Below are positions 38,394 through 48,576 of a stretch of 64,000 nt of DNA, one piece after another. The stretch comes from Anaerolineales bacterium. GTDB lineage: Bacteria; Chloroflexota; Anaerolineae; UBA1429. Location: assembly GCA_046538105.1 (NCBI GenBank), contig JBKHJO010000005.1, positions 916 through 64,915 on the forward strand, in the 5' to 3' direction. Below the pieces are notes generated by a model. It did not search any database and was not told where the DNA came from. It was given only the letters and a program-made list of their open reading frames with translations. The first letter of the stretch is position 1. Each line of letters begins with the position of its first letter. A program made the position numbers and the translations under genes.

Positions 38394-40352
38394 ATGGTGA
38401 AAGAATATGGTGGTTGGGCCGGCCGCATCCTGCAGGTGGATTTGACGACGGGAGAACTTGTGTATCATCACACTCTCGATTATGCCCTGGACTATATAGG
38501 CGGGCGGGGCATAGGCGCTGCCTTGGCTTGGGAGTTGTTGCAGCCAGGAATTGGCCCTTTTGATCCTCAGAATCCCTTGATGTTTCTCAACGGTCCTCTG
38601 GCCGGAACGGGTGCTCCCGCTGCGGGTCGTACCACCATATGTTCGTTGACCCCTCAGGGATATCCCTATTCCTGGTTCTCGCGGGCAAGTATGGGAGGAG
38701 ACCTGAGCCATCATCTCAAATATGCAGGCTATGATGGTCTCGTGTTTATGGGCAAGGCCGCAGTCCCGACCCTCTTTGTGCTATCTGACGACCAAGCAAA
38801 ACTGGTCGAGGCACAGGATCTATGGGGAATGGACATTATAGAGACTCAGCACGTTTTGCGGGAACGCTGGGGCTCCGAGATGCAAGTCGCGACCATCGGT
38901 CCCGCAGGAGAGAATCTCTCTCGCATCGCCTCCATCGGTACTAATGCGGGCTCGGCGGCAGGCCAGGGCGGATTTGGCGCCGTCATGGGAGCCAAGAACT
39001 TGAAGGCGTTGGTAGTACATGGTACCGGAAGACCCATTATCGCTGATAAAGAGGGTTTTCGCTCTTTTGCGCGTAGAGTGGCACAGGAATACGTGCAGGA
39101 TAACCGTAACCGTCCCCAGCGAGGAAGGGGAAAAAGTGCCTACAATGCCAAACGAAACCGCTGCAGTGCCGGATGTCTGATGGGCTGTGGTACCCATTAT
39201 GAAGATGTCCCTGGAACTGTTTTCCCTGATACCGAGTACAGCGGCATTGTACAATGCACGGCGGGCCGCTTCTCTGGTGCTGAGGATCATTACTGGGATC
39301 TGGGATTCGAAGCCGGCTTTGAACTCAATATGCTGGCTAACAGATGGGGCATCAACCACTGGGACCTGATGAAAGGCCTTTTCCCCTGGATCGGTATGTG
39401 CCATCGGGCTGGTCTGATGGAAGAGATAGGGGGCAGGCCCATAGAGCGAGATGAACCCGAGTTCTGGTATGACATATTAAAGGCCATCGCCACCCACAAA
39501 GGCCCCATAGCGGAAATAGTTGCCGATGGAGGGAGACGCGCCATCGCACGCACAGGGTGCCTGCCGGATGAAGCGCGTCAACTTTACACGGCCTGGGGAT
39601 ACGCAAATCACTGGGATGGTCGCGGACCTCGTGGAAACAGAATAACGTATCCTTTCTGGCTGGCGAGTGCTCTTTTGTGGATGATCGATACCCGCGACCC
39701 CATGGGCAGCACTCACGGGTATGTACAGGATATGACCAGAATCAGCCCTTTTGGAGAGGATGTGCTCAATTGGGAACAACTGCAGGGGCTTGGAGAGCGC
39801 ATCTATGGCACCTCCGCAGCCATGGATCCCCTGAGTGACTATGAGGGCAAGGCAGAACCCGCTCTGTGGCATGCCAGACGCTCCTTGATCAAGGATAGCC
39901 TTCCACTCTGTGATCGCACGTTCCCTCGCCTTTTCACTTCCCTTACCGACGACGGGCTGCCCCGGACGAATGGGATAGAAGGCCCCGACTTTGAGGCCCA
40001 TTTTTACAAATTGGCAACTGGACACGAGATTGAACCCGAAGAATTGGAGCAGGCCGCCGAACGGGCCCTTACCCTGGAACGCCTCGAGCAACTTCGCGAC
40101 TTTGGGCGTACGCGCGAAACTGACGACGATATCCTGGACTTTTTCTGTGATACCCTCGAGGAATATACCAATCCACTCCTTGAAGAGAGAAAACGCGCTG
40201 AACATGGGCCTTTGACCGAACTCGCAACTTCTTTCTATGCCCTGCGCGGATGGGATACGGATACGGGTATTCCCTCAAAAGAACAATTAAAGCGCCTGAA
40301 TTTAGGGCATACTATAAAAGTCTTGGAACAATATGGAACAAAGATCACATAA
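38394..40352 (+). CDS. Aldehyde:ferredoxin oxidoreductase family (tungsto/molybdopterin) enzyme
   Basis: ATG about 10 nt after AAAGGAGG. GWAGRILQVDLTTGE...IGGRGIGAALAWE...IGPAGENLSRIASI...GGFGAVMGAKNLKALVVHG. Confidence 0.85.
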   Translation: MVKEYGGWAGRILQVDLTTGELVYHHTLDYALDYIGGRGIGAALAWELLQPGIGPFDPQNPLMFLNGPLAGTGAPAAGRTTICSLTPQGYPYSWFSRASMGGDLSHHLKYAGYDGLVFMGKAAVPTLFVLSDDQAKLVEAQDLWGMDIIETQHVLRERWGSEMQVATIGPAGENLSRIASIGTNAGSAAGQGGFGAVMGAKNLKALVVHGTGRPIIADKEGFRSFARRVAQEYVQDNRNRPQRGRGKSAYNAKRNRCSAGCLMGCGTHYEDVPGTVFPDTEYSGIVQCTAGRFSGAEDHYWDLGFEAGFELNMLANRWGINHWDLMKGLFPWIGMCHRAGLMEEIGGRPIERDEPEFWYDILKAIATHKGPIAEIVADGGRRAIARTGCLPDEARQLYTAWGYANHWDGRGPRGNRITYPFWLASALLWMIDTRDPMGSTHGYVQDMTRISPFGEDVLNWEQLQGLGERIYGTSAAMDPLSDYEGKAEPALWHARRSLIKDSLPLCDRTFPRLFTSLTDDGLPRTNGIEGPDFEAHFYKLATGHEIEPEELEQAAERALTLERLEQLRDFGRTRETDDDILDFFCDTLEEYTNPLLEERKRAEHGPLTELATSFYALRGWDTDTGIPSKEQLKRLNLGHTIKVLEQYGTKIT

Positions 40353-40449
40353 AAGCGAGTGTCAACGTGGAATATACGCGGCTTAATATGCCCTCGGGTT
40401 CTCCAGTATTTCATAGAGTTATCTTGCGTATCGACTAGGGGGTGAGACG

Positions 40450-41748
40450 ATGGCGCGCGCTGAAAGTGGAATACTTCGCTACGAGACAACGCTGAACCCA
40501 GAGGCCAGAGAACGTATTCGGGAGATTGGCAGGGCCGATCTTCTTGTAGGGATTCCCAGCTATCGTAACGGGCGCACTATTGGTAAGGTATTGGAGGTGG
40601 TGACGGAGGGTATCGCCACATACCTCCGCGATAAACGCGTCGTATTGATGAACGCGGACGGGGACTCGACGGATAATACAGTTAGCAAAGTCCGGGAGAC
40701 AAAGACGCCTGCCAATGTGAAAAAGTTGTGCATCGTCTACAAAGGAAAATCGGGCAAGGGTCTGGCTGTTCGTTCTATCTTTGAAGCCGCCGCCTGTTTG
40801 GAAACCAAGGCGTGTCTGGTAGTCGAGGCTCGTGCGCCAGGCATTCGTCCCGAGTGGCTTCCCTGGCTCATTGAGCCTGTACTGGCTGGCGATGACGTCG
40901 CTTTTGCCTGCTATAATAAAAGTGCGTATGCGGCCTCTTTTGTGGATAACCTCTTTTATCCCTTTTTGCGGGTTTTCTTGAACGCTGATCTCCGTGAGCC
41001 ATTGTGTAGCGAGTTCTGCATCAGGACGGCGCTGGGAGAGGAATTGGCGGGAAAGGACGTATGGGAAACTGACGTGGCGCAATTTGGCGTGAATGTCTGG
41101 ATCGCCATTCAGGCTCTGGTGGAGGGCTGGGACATCTCACAGGTCGCTTTGGGGTTCAGGGGCGATCCCAGTGGTGATCCTGGCGATATGTTGGACGCCC
41201 GATTCGACCACGCAGTAGGCACGCTATTCCGGCTTTTGACGGTGCACGAGGAACTATGGCGTAACGGACCACCTCATCGCCACCTTCCTTTTCGTCGCGT
41301 CAGGAACCTTGACGTTACGCCGCCTTGCAGGGATTGCGTCGGCGATCTCATGTATGGGATGCGCGAGGGATGGGAGATATATGGAAAAGATTGGGAGGCA
41401 ATTCTATCTCCTGAAACTTTTGCTAGAGTTTTAAATCTGCTGGCCCTGGATGTAGAGGATTTTGTCTTTCCCGAAACCCTTTGGGGCAATGTGATCATGG
41501 AGTTCGCCATGAGCCACAATAGGGGTGATGGGGATCCGGATAGAATAGTCAAGTCTCTCCTTCCTCTCTTCTATGGAAGAACGGCTACCTATGTAAGGCA
41601 AACTATGGAGTTGACGTTAGCCGAGCGTGAGGCTGTTGTACAAAGGGTGCTGTCCGCCTTTTCGGCATTGAAATCTTCCTTTATTCGTCAATGGAGTGAA
41701 TACGATTCTTGGTTTGATACGGATTCGGGATTCTGGCTCGGCGCGTGA
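40450..41748 (+). CDS. GT-A-fold glycosyltransferase-like protein (mannosyl/glucosyl-glycerate-synthase-like)
   Basis: LLVGIPSYRNGRTIGKVLEVV...LMNADGDSTDNT...GKSGKGLAV resembles the N-terminal half of GT-A enzymes. The C-terminal half is unassigned. Confidence 0.45.
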   Translation: MARAESGILRYETTLNPEARERIREIGRADLLVGIPSYRNGRTIGKVLEVVTEGIATYLRDKRVVLMNADGDSTDNTVSKVRETKTPANVKKLCIVYKGKSGKGLAVRSIFEAAACLETKACLVVEARAPGIRPEWLPWLIEPVLAGDDVAFACYNKSAYAASFVDNLFYPFLRVFLNADLREPLCSEFCIRTALGEELAGKDVWETDVAQFGVNVWIAIQALVEGWDISQVALGFRGDPSGDPGDMLDARFDHAVGTLFRLLTVHEELWRNGPPHRHLPFRRVRNLDVTPPCRDCVGDLMYGMREGWEIYGKDWEAILSPETFARVLNLLALDVEDFVFPETLWGNVIMEFAMSHNRGDGDPDRIVKSLLPLFYGRTATYVRQTMELTLAEREAVVQRVLSAFSALKSSFIRQWSEYDSWFDTDSGFWLGA

Positions 41749-41968
41749 TTTATCCTTTTGCCGCTCGACCAGTCATCGTTTGTAGAGGGATTGAGGGATA
41801 GAGGTCGCTGTATTATATGAGATAATCGACATAATCTTTACCTCATCCGACGTATCTGTGTGTCTACACCAGAGTGGGGGAGGTCACCGACACTTGGAGC
41901 ATAAGGCAGTTGCTCGGAGTTGGATAAGAATACTAAGGATTTTAGAATGAGTAGCGGCAAGAGGATGT

Positions 41969-42006
41969 AAAAAGGCCTGGCTGCAAGTTAGCAGCCAGGC
42001 CTTTTT
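41969..42006. terminator. Bidirectional rho-independent terminator between the GT-A-like gene and ssrA
   Basis: AAAAA-GGCCTGGCTGC-AAGTTA-GCAGCCAGGCC-TTTTT. Perfect 11-bp stem flanked by an A-tract and a T-tract. Confidence 0.6.
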
Positions 42007-42017
42007 ATGAATCCCTG

Positions 42018-42413
42018 TGGAGATGGCGGGAATCGAACCCGCGTCCAAAAAGTTCGGCCAGAGACATCTACAGGCTTAGTCGATCCACGTTATCTCATAG
42101 ATCCGATTTTGCTCGACAAAACCCGTAATCTACCAGCCGACAAAGAGTCTTTGGTCGGCGATATCGGCGTCTCCCCGACCGCAGCCCGATTTAGCCGTCG
42201 CCCGTTACTTTTCTCTCGGGCTAAGAAAAAGTAAGGACGTGATCGACGCTTCTTGGCCGATCAGGCTCTTGCTTTAGCTGGTGCTACGCAGCTAGAGCGT
42301 AAGCCGGAGTATAAGTGTCTTCGGCACTTAAAAGTTTGCCTCTGATTTACGAGGATGAGGCACCTCGACCTGCAGTCCCTAACCAGCCCTTTCTGTCGAA
42401 TCCTGTCATCCCC
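42018..42413 (-). ncRNA. ssrA: tmRNA (transfer-messenger RNA), ~396 nt; tag reading frame c(42284..42325) encodes AEDTYTPAYALAA-stop
   Basis: The minus strand starts GGGGAUGACAGGAUUCGACAGAAAGGG and ends GGACGCGGGUUCGAUUCCCGCCAUCUCCA (tRNA-Ala-like acceptor/T-arm; CCA not encoded). Internal ...UUUUAAGU GCC GAA GAC ACU UAU ACU CCG GCU UAC GCU CUA GCU GCG UAG. smpB lies 1.2 kb away. Confidence 0.9.
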
Positions 42414-42425
42414 AATACGAAAATA

Positions 42426-42454
42426 AGTATAACATACTTGGCGCATTATGGCAA
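42426..42454 (-). promoter_or_regulatory. Candidate ssrA promoter (TTGCCA-17-TATACT)
   Basis: Hexamers read on the minus strand. The -10 lies about 13 nt upstream of the mature 5' end, consistent with a short processed leader. Confidence 0.4.
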
Positions 42455-42630
42455 ACGCGGCTTCTGCCAACACTATGGCGGATTTTGCCCGTGTTCTACC
42501 ACCCAAAACCTAGCCGTGGCACAGGCACACAACTGGCAAAGGAGAGTGCCTTACAGGTGTCCTGGCTTTCATCCTAGGGCATCTCGAATTATAATTTAGC
42601 GGATGAATTAGTCGAGGAGGTGTAGGCATC

Positions 42631-43503
42631 ATGCGAGAGGTAAAAGTGGGAATTATTGGTGGTAGCGGTCTGTACGCGATGGGGGGATTGACCAATGTGG
42701 AAAAGTTAACCGTGAACACTCCCTTTGGTGCTCCTAGTGACAACCTTATCTTGGGTGATATGGATGGTGTGCCCGTCGCTTTCTTGCCCCGACATGGTGA
42801 GGGACATCGAATCGGTCCCAGTGAATTGCCCGCTCGCGCCAATGTATGGGCTATGAAGTCGCTGGGAGTAACCCACCTTCTTTCTGTCAGCGCTGTAGGC
42901 AGCCTGCGTGAGCATCTCGCGCCCCGCGATGCTGTCGTGCCCGATCAGATTCTGGACCGCACCAAAGGGATACGTCCTGCTACATTCTTTGGGGATGGGC
43001 TTGTAGCACATATCGCCTTTGCTGAACCCTATTGTCCAGAACTCTGTGGCATCGTATACGACGTGGCCGTCGAGTTGGGGGTTGCTACGGTCCACAAAGG
43101 AGGCACTATGATCGTCATGGAGGGGCCGCAGTTTTCGACCAAGGCCGAATCCAACTTTTATCGGCAAATTGGAGGAGATATCATCGGTATGACGGCTCTA
43201 CCCGAAGCCAAGCTGGCTCGAGAGGCCGAGATATGCTACTGCACCCTGGCTATGATAACCGACTATGACTGCTGGCACGACTCGGAGGAGGCGGTCACAG
43301 TGGATATGGTCGTAGAGAATATGCAGGCCAATGCGGATGCCAGTAGGGCGATCGTCAAAGCAGCAATTCACCGCATTGTCGAAGCGGATCGGGAGTGCGA
43401 GTGTGCGCGGGCTCTGGAGGATGCCATCATAACCAGCCAGGATGCTATATCAGAAGAAAGAAAGCAAACTCTCGACCTGCTCATCGGAAAGTACTTGGAT
43501 TGA
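42631..43503 (+). CDS. mtnP: S-methyl-5'-thioadenosine phosphorylase
   Basis: VKVGIIGGSGLY...TPFGAPSD...VAFLPRHGEGHRIGPSELPARANVWAMKSLGV...GMTALPEAKLAREAEICY. Confidence 0.9.
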   Translation: MREVKVGIIGGSGLYAMGGLTNVEKLTVNTPFGAPSDNLILGDMDGVPVAFLPRHGEGHRIGPSELPARANVWAMKSLGVTHLLSVSAVGSLREHLAPRDAVVPDQILDRTKGIRPATFFGDGLVAHIAFAEPYCPELCGIVYDVAVELGVATVHKGGTMIVMEGPQFSTKAESNFYRQIGGDIIGMTALPEAKLAREAEICYCTLAMITDYDCWHDSEEAVTVDMVVENMQANADASRAIVKAAIHRIVEADRECECARALEDAIITSQDAISEERKQTLDLLIGKYLD

Positions 43504-43513
43504 GGCAAAAGAC

Positions 43514-43539
43514 AAGGGGAGCATCTTCATGCTCCCCTT
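43514..43539. terminator. Hairpin between convergent mtnP and smpB (possible bidirectional terminator)
   Basis: AAGGGGAGCAT-CTTC-ATGCTCCCCTT. The T-tract is weak. Confidence 0.4.
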
Positions 43540-43566
43540 GCATGTAGCGACGCAAACCGTGTCTTC

Positions 43567-44049
43567 TCAGTATTTTCCTTCCCGCTCCGCACGCCGGATC
43601 GCACGTTCTATGGCCCGTTTCGATTCTCGTTCGCGAATGGCACGTCGCTTGTCATATGCTCGCTTGCCCTTGGCGAGGCCGATCTCGACCTTTGCTATAT
43701 CGTTCTTGAGATAGAGTTTTAGAGGGACGATGGTATACCCTTTCCGTTCCGCACGTCCAAGCCAGCGGTCAATCTCCCGCTTATGCATGAGAAGTTTTCT
43801 GTCACGCTTGGGATCGTGATTTTCATAACTGGCCTGATCATATCCGGCGATGTGGCTGCCCACCAACCATGCTTCTCCATTGCGGATCGTGACATAGGCA
43901 TCCCGCAGGCTCACGCGCCCCGCACGAACGGATTTTATCTCCGAGCCCTTTAGCACGATGCCGGCTTCCAGTGTGTCCTCGATGAAATAATCATGAAATG
44001 CCTTGCGATTGCGAGAGACAACGCGAACCCCCTTTTGTTTCCTTGCCAT
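43567..44049 (-). CDS. smpB: SsrA-binding protein SmpB
   Basis: NRKAFHDYFIEDTLEAGIVLKGSEIKSVRAGRVSLRDAYV...KRDRKLLMHKREI. Confidence 0.95.
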   Translation of the reverse strand: MARKQKGVRVVSRNRKAFHDYFIEDTLEAGIVLKGSEIKSVRAGRVSLRDAYVTIRNGEAWLVGSHIAGYDQASYENHDPKRDRKLLMHKREIDRWLGRAERKGYTIVPLKLYLKNDIAKVEIGLAKGKRAYDKRRAIRERESKRAIERAIRRAEREGKY

Positions 44050-45315
44050 CTATGAATCCTCCTCTTCCATCAAGTACTCTACAGCGCGGTCGAGTTGGGG
44101 ATCTCTTTCCTCGGCACTATCCTCAGCAGTCAACGATACCTGGATATCGGGCATGATTCCTTCACCATCCAGATTCTGGCCATCTGGCAAATACCATCTG
44201 GCCACTGTGACACGAATGCTCGAACCATCCTGCAGCGTATGAGTGTTCTGGACGGAGCCTTTACCAAAGGTCTGTTCTCCTATCAGAATCCCCCTATCGT
44301 TATCGCGAATACTTCCGGCAACGATCTCGGATGCGCTGGCGCTGCCCCCGTCGATGAGGACGACGAGAGGAATCTCCGTTGCTATCCCTGCCTCTTTTAC
44401 GCGGTACTCTTTTTCCCCTTTTCCCCGCTGCTGCTCCGTGAGCAGCAGGGTGCCTTTGGGGAGAAATTCGCTGGCCACGTCCACTGCCTCATTCAAATAG
44501 CCGCCGGGATTGGCGCGTAGATCGAACACCAATCCTTTAGGATCTTCTCGTAAAAGATCTTTCAGAGCGTCGTGCATGCGCTCCTTGGAGGCGGCGTTGA
44601 ACTCGGTCAGGCGCAGATAGGCCACATCCTCTATCATACGGGACTCGACAGTGGGGAGATCGACTTTTTCCCGTCTTACGCGCACGACGAACGGCTCCGG
44701 TTCCCCCTCTCTTTTGACGAGCAGTTCGACAGTGGTCCCCTTGGGGCCGCGAATCAAGCTGATGGCCTCCAGGATATCCTTGCCTTCCAGAGGCTCGCCG
44801 TCTACGGAAAGGATCGTGTCGCCCGCCTGTAGTCCGGCCGTCAATGCCGGACTCTCGGGCAGGGGACGAACGATAACGAGTTCTCCGTCGCGCATTTCGA
44901 CGGTAGCCCCAATTCCTTCAAACGATCCCCGCATATCCTCCTGGCTGATCTTTGCCTCCAGAGGTCTCACAAAGCGCGTGTTGCGATCTCCCACGGAGGA
45001 GACAAGCCCCTCTGCAGCGCCCCATATTGCCTCTTCCACATCAAGTGCCTGAGGATTCACATACTCTCGCTCGAGAATATCCCATGCCTCCCAGAGAATT
45101 TCCCCACGTTCTTTGGGAGATACGTTCATTTCCCGTTGTGAGTCGGGTGGCACCGCACTTCTCACAAATTGACGGATCTCGGGACCAAAGAACCACATGG
45201 AAGCCACCCCGCCGCCAAAGCCAGCCAGCAGCAGAGAGACAAGAATAAGGAGAATCAACAGGCCGCGCCAGAATCCCAGACCGTTTTCTTCTCTACTATC
45301 GTTACCATTTATCAT
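44050..45315 (-). CDS. S41 family carboxyl-terminal processing protease (PDZ-containing)
   Basis: N-terminal TM. PDZ GLQAGDTILSVDGEPL. Catalytic region LVVLIDGGSASASEIVAG...GEQTFGKGSVQ. Confidence 0.85.
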   Translation of the reverse strand: MINGNDSREENGLGFWRGLLILLILVSLLLAGFGGGVASMWFFGPEIRQFVRSAVPPDSQREMNVSPKERGEILWEAWDILEREYVNPQALDVEEAIWGAAEGLVSSVGDRNTRFVRPLEAKISQEDMRGSFEGIGATVEMRDGELVIVRPLPESPALTAGLQAGDTILSVDGEPLEGKDILEAISLIRGPKGTTVELLVKREGEPEPFVVRVRREKVDLPTVESRMIEDVAYLRLTEFNAASKERMHDALKDLLREDPKGLVFDLRANPGGYLNEAVDVASEFLPKGTLLLTEQQRGKGEKEYRVKEAGIATEIPLVVLIDGGSASASEIVAGSIRDNDRGILIGEQTFGKGSVQNTHTLQDGSSIRVTVARWYLPDGQNLDGEGIMPDIQVSLTAEDSAEERDPQLDRAVEYLMEEEDS

Positions 45316-45423
45316 GGTATGAGTTATCCTATCGCCCTTCCATTAAAAACTTGAGCCCATACATAAGAAATTATAACATGTCTTCCTGAAAACCCCAATC
45401 TTCCGGATAATAAAAGAAAAGAC

Positions 45424-47688
45424 TTATTCGTATCGTAGCGCCTCGACGGGGCTGAACAGCGTGGCCCGCCACGCTGGATACAATCCACCCAAAATCCCCA
45501 TGCCTACACAAAAAGCCATCGATTTCAGGAGGACGCCGGGCGTCATCACCAACATTTCGCTGTATATGCCAAGGGAGGACATGCCGCGGAGAATCCTTAT
45601 GATGACAAAGGAAACGATAACACTGACTCCACCACTGGCAAGAGTCAGAAGCAGCGACTCGCTCAGGATCTGGCGCAACACCATGGTCTTGCGCCAACCA
45701 ATGGCACGCAGAATGCCGATCTCGCGTGTCCGTTCATAGACGCTCATGATCATGGTATTCATCAGGGCGACGGACCCTATAAAGGCGGCCATCACAAAGA
45801 TGGCCCCTATGCTTTGGTTCATCATCTCCATGTCGGGCAAGTTCTCGGTGAATTCGGCACTTTTGGAGAAGAGAAGTTCAGGATATTGTGCGGAGAGCCT
45901 CTCTAATATAGCATCGGTTTCTTGCGGATTCTCTAATTTTATTTCCATAAGCATAACCTGGTGCGGTTTGTTGAGCAGGCGTTGGGCTTCGCCAAGGGAG
46001 ATGATGGCTCCATTGTCCTCGATACCGCTCTTTGTCTCCACTATCCCCACGACAGTGAATGTGGTCCCCAGCATCGCGATGCGATCGCCGGGACTCTTTT
46101 TCAACTGTGAGGCTGCCCGCCATCCCAAAAGGCATTGACGTCGCCCCTCTATTAATCGGCCTTCTCTCAGAATATGCGGGGTAAAGTAGGGATCGTTTCG
46201 TGCGCGCGCTGTGATCATCAGGAACGATGATCCTCCGGGCAGGGTTACGGCGCCAATTATCACGCCGTTCACATACTCTACCTCGGGGAGAGCCTCCACG
46301 CGCCTTAGCGTGCGTTCTTCGATGACACTAAGCGAGGTATCAGGTTGATCGGCTTCCACGGCGGTTATCTCCGCATTTGATATCATGCTGTTAAAACTTT
46401 CTATGGCCCCCTCGCCAAGACTTCCTATCAATATCATGGCCATCACACCAATGCTGATTCCCAGTAATGTAAGACCAGTACGTGTCTGCTGTCGAAAAAG
46501 GTTCTTGAGCGCCATACCACCCAATCGACCTCTGAAGGTGTGCCGCGAGGGTGATCCTGCCTCAGCGCTTAGGGCCTCCACCGGCGTCGATCTGGCCGCC
46601 CGCCAGGCTGGATAGAGACCCCCGATAGCCCCGAGAATCAGAGCAGCGAGAAAGGCCTGAAGCATCAATTTCGCAGGAACCTTACTTTGGGTGAATCCCG
46701 TCAGGGTTGGCGCACGCGCCGCCAGCCAGGTCAGTGCGGCGCCCAATCCTATGCCCAAAATTCCTCCCACAAGGGCGAGGAGAAATGATTCTCCCAATAT
46801 CATCTGCATGATGTGTCCCCGTCGCCAGCCAATGGCCCTGAGAACTCCTATTTCCTGGGTTCGTTCAAAGATGCTCATCAGCATGGTGTTCATCATACCC
46901 ACACCGCCCACAATGGCGGCGATGAGGGCTATCCCCCAGGCGTATACGTCCAGCAGTTCCAACATATCCAACATCATGCCACCCACTTGGGTCCCGGCCA
47001 CTTCTACGTCTGGGGGAAGAATACGTGCCAACCTGCTCTTGAACTGCTCTGCGTGTTCCGGATGTTGAAGCTGTAGACCAAGATACATGATCTGCCGGGG
47101 CATTCCGGCAAGTGCCTGGGCATGTTCAAGGGCCACCACGCCGCCGGCATCCTCAAGGCCGATTCCCGTCTCATAGATGCCCACAACGTGAAATGCAGTT
47201 TTCCCCAGGAATACGGTATCGCCGATTGCCTTATTCAGACTGTCCGCCGCTGTTTTCCCCAGGAGTATCGGCTTGCCCCTACGCCGGCTGCGGGGATCCG
47301 CGTCGGCTAAAGGAACTCCCTCGATGATCTTAAAGTGTCTGATGCCGATCTCATCCGGCTCGTATCCGAAAACGATGAACATGGGCCGTTCTGAAGCCAG
47401 CACCATGGTATATAGCATGCCATAGGCGTCTTTGATCTCTGGTAGGGAACGCAGGCGATCAATCAGGCTTTCATCGAACCCCGTTCCCAGTGTGATGGCC
47501 TGTCCTTCACTTTGAACGGCCTGTATCGTGATATCCGCCCCCGTCCGCTGGGTGATCTCCAGATAGTTGGCCACGATGCCGCGCGACAGGGCTACCAGGG
47601 AGACGATGGCAGCGATTCCCACAGTGATACCGAGGAGGGTGAGGAGGGTACGTGTCTTTCGCCGCAGGAGATTGCGGATCAGCAGCAT
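45424..47688 (-). CDS. ABC transporter permease with duplicated FtsX/MacB-type domains
   Basis: Two repeats of the (TM - large extracytoplasmic domain - 3 TM) unit. IFERTQEIGVLRAIGW and VYERTREIGILRAIGW. Confidence 0.85.
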   Translation of the reverse strand: MLLIRNLLRRKTRTLLTLLGITVGIAAIVSLVALSRGIVANYLEITQRTGADITIQAVQSEGQAITLGTGFDESLIDRLRSLPEIKDAYGMLYTMVLASERPMFIVFGYEPDEIGIRHFKIIEGVPLADADPRSRRRGKPILLGKTAADSLNKAIGDTVFLGKTAFHVVGIYETGIGLEDAGGVVALEHAQALAGMPRQIMYLGLQLQHPEHAEQFKSRLARILPPDVEVAGTQVGGMMLDMLELLDVYAWGIALIAAIVGGVGMMNTMLMSIFERTQEIGVLRAIGWRRGHIMQMILGESFLLALVGGILGIGLGAALTWLAARAPTLTGFTQSKVPAKLMLQAFLAALILGAIGGLYPAWRAARSTPVEALSAEAGSPSRHTFRGRLGGMALKNLFRQQTRTGLTLLGISIGVMAMILIGSLGEGAIESFNSMISNAEITAVEADQPDTSLSVIEERTLRRVEALPEVEYVNGVIIGAVTLPGGSSFLMITARARNDPYFTPHILREGRLIEGRRQCLLGWRAASQLKKSPGDRIAMLGTTFTVVGIVETKSGIEDNGAIISLGEAQRLLNKPHQVMLMEIKLENPQETDAILERLSAQYPELLFSKSAEFTENLPDMEMMNQSIGAIFVMAAFIGSVALMNTMIMSVYERTREIGILRAIGWRKTMVLRQILSESLLLTLASGGVSVIVSFVIIRILRGMSSLGIYSEMLVMTPGVLLKSMAFCVGMGILGGLYPAWRATLFSPVEALRYE

Positions 47689-47717
47689 ATTGCTAACCTA
47701 TAAAGGAATAAGGGTGA

Positions 47718-48566
47718 TCATGTCAGATCTGCCAGCAGGTCAGCGAGCTGATCTGCCGTACGCGTCAACCGGCCATCGCGTACAAAAGGAAACGTTTTCA
47801 ATGTCTCTATGTCCTTTTGCATAAGGAGTTCGCCTAACGTTGAATGTGCCAGGTCTCGCAAATCCTCTGTGAGGGGATCGCGAACCATATGTTCGTTGAC
47901 TATTTGCCCGTCGTGCATGGTCAGAATACGCTCGGCTGTCCGCGCCACATAGCGGTCGTGTGTCACCAGTAATAATGTTGTCCCTCGTTCCTGATTAAGC
48001 CTTATCAGCAGATCCATGAGTTCGTTGCCGCTGACGCTGTCCAGGTTACCCGTAGGCTCATCGGCGAGTACCAGACTTGGTTCGTTCACCAGAGCGCGAG
48101 CGATAGCCACGCGTTGGCGTTGTCCCCCTGATAGTTGGTTGGGAAGGTGATCTCGGCGCGCTGCCAGACCTACCAGCTCGAGCATGGTACTGGCCCGTTC
48201 ATGGCGCTCTCTTCTGTTCAATCCCTGCCCCCGAAGGGGCGTCTCAACATTCTCCAGCGCCGTCAGCGTGGGGATCAGATTGTACATTTGAAACACGAAC
48301 CCCACCGTTTGTGAACGAAAGCGATCTACATCTTTGATTGTGGAGAGATCCTGTCCCTCAATATACACTGTGCCCGCTGTGGGAGTGTCCAGCGCTCCCA
48401 TCATGTTCAAGAGTGTCGATTTCCCGCTGCCCGAGGCCCCCATAACGGCCAGCATCTCCCCCTCATAGATGTCGAACGTCACATTGTCCAGAGCCCGTAC
48501 CTCGACCCCGCCGCCATATATCTTTGTAAGATTCTCGATCTGAACCAGAACTCTTCTCTCGTTCAT
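47718..48566 (-). CDS. ABC transporter ATP-binding protein (MacB/LolD type)
   Basis: Walker [10 protein letters not shown], signature [15 protein letters not shown] and Walker [13 protein letters not shown]. Has a ~55-aa C-terminal extension. Confidence 0.9.
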   Translation of the reverse strand: MNERRVLVQIENLTKIYGGGVEVRALDNVTFDIYEGEMLAVMGASGSGKSTLLNMMGALDTPTAGTVYIEGQDLSTIKDVDRFRSQTVGFVFQMYNLIPTLTALENVETPLRGQGLNRRERHERASTMLELVGLAARRDHLPNQLSGGQRQRVAIARALVNEPSLVLADEPTGNLDSVSGNELMDLLIRLNQERGTTLLLVTHDRYVARTAERILTMHDGQIVNEHMVRDPLTEDLRDLAHSTLGELLMQKDIETLKTFPFVRDGRLTRTADQLADLLADLT

Positions 48567-48576
48567 GGGTATTCGT

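Noticed and set aside
41920-41968. Seven-codon mini-ORF (MSSGKRM) just before the bidirectional terminator
   Set aside because: It is too short to support, with only a weak AAGGA upstream, and I cannot assess conservation.
42007-42599. Three ORF-track entries over the tmRNA locus
   Set aside because: The region is explained by ssrA, with tRNA-like ends and a tag reading frame. The ORFs have no coding signatures.
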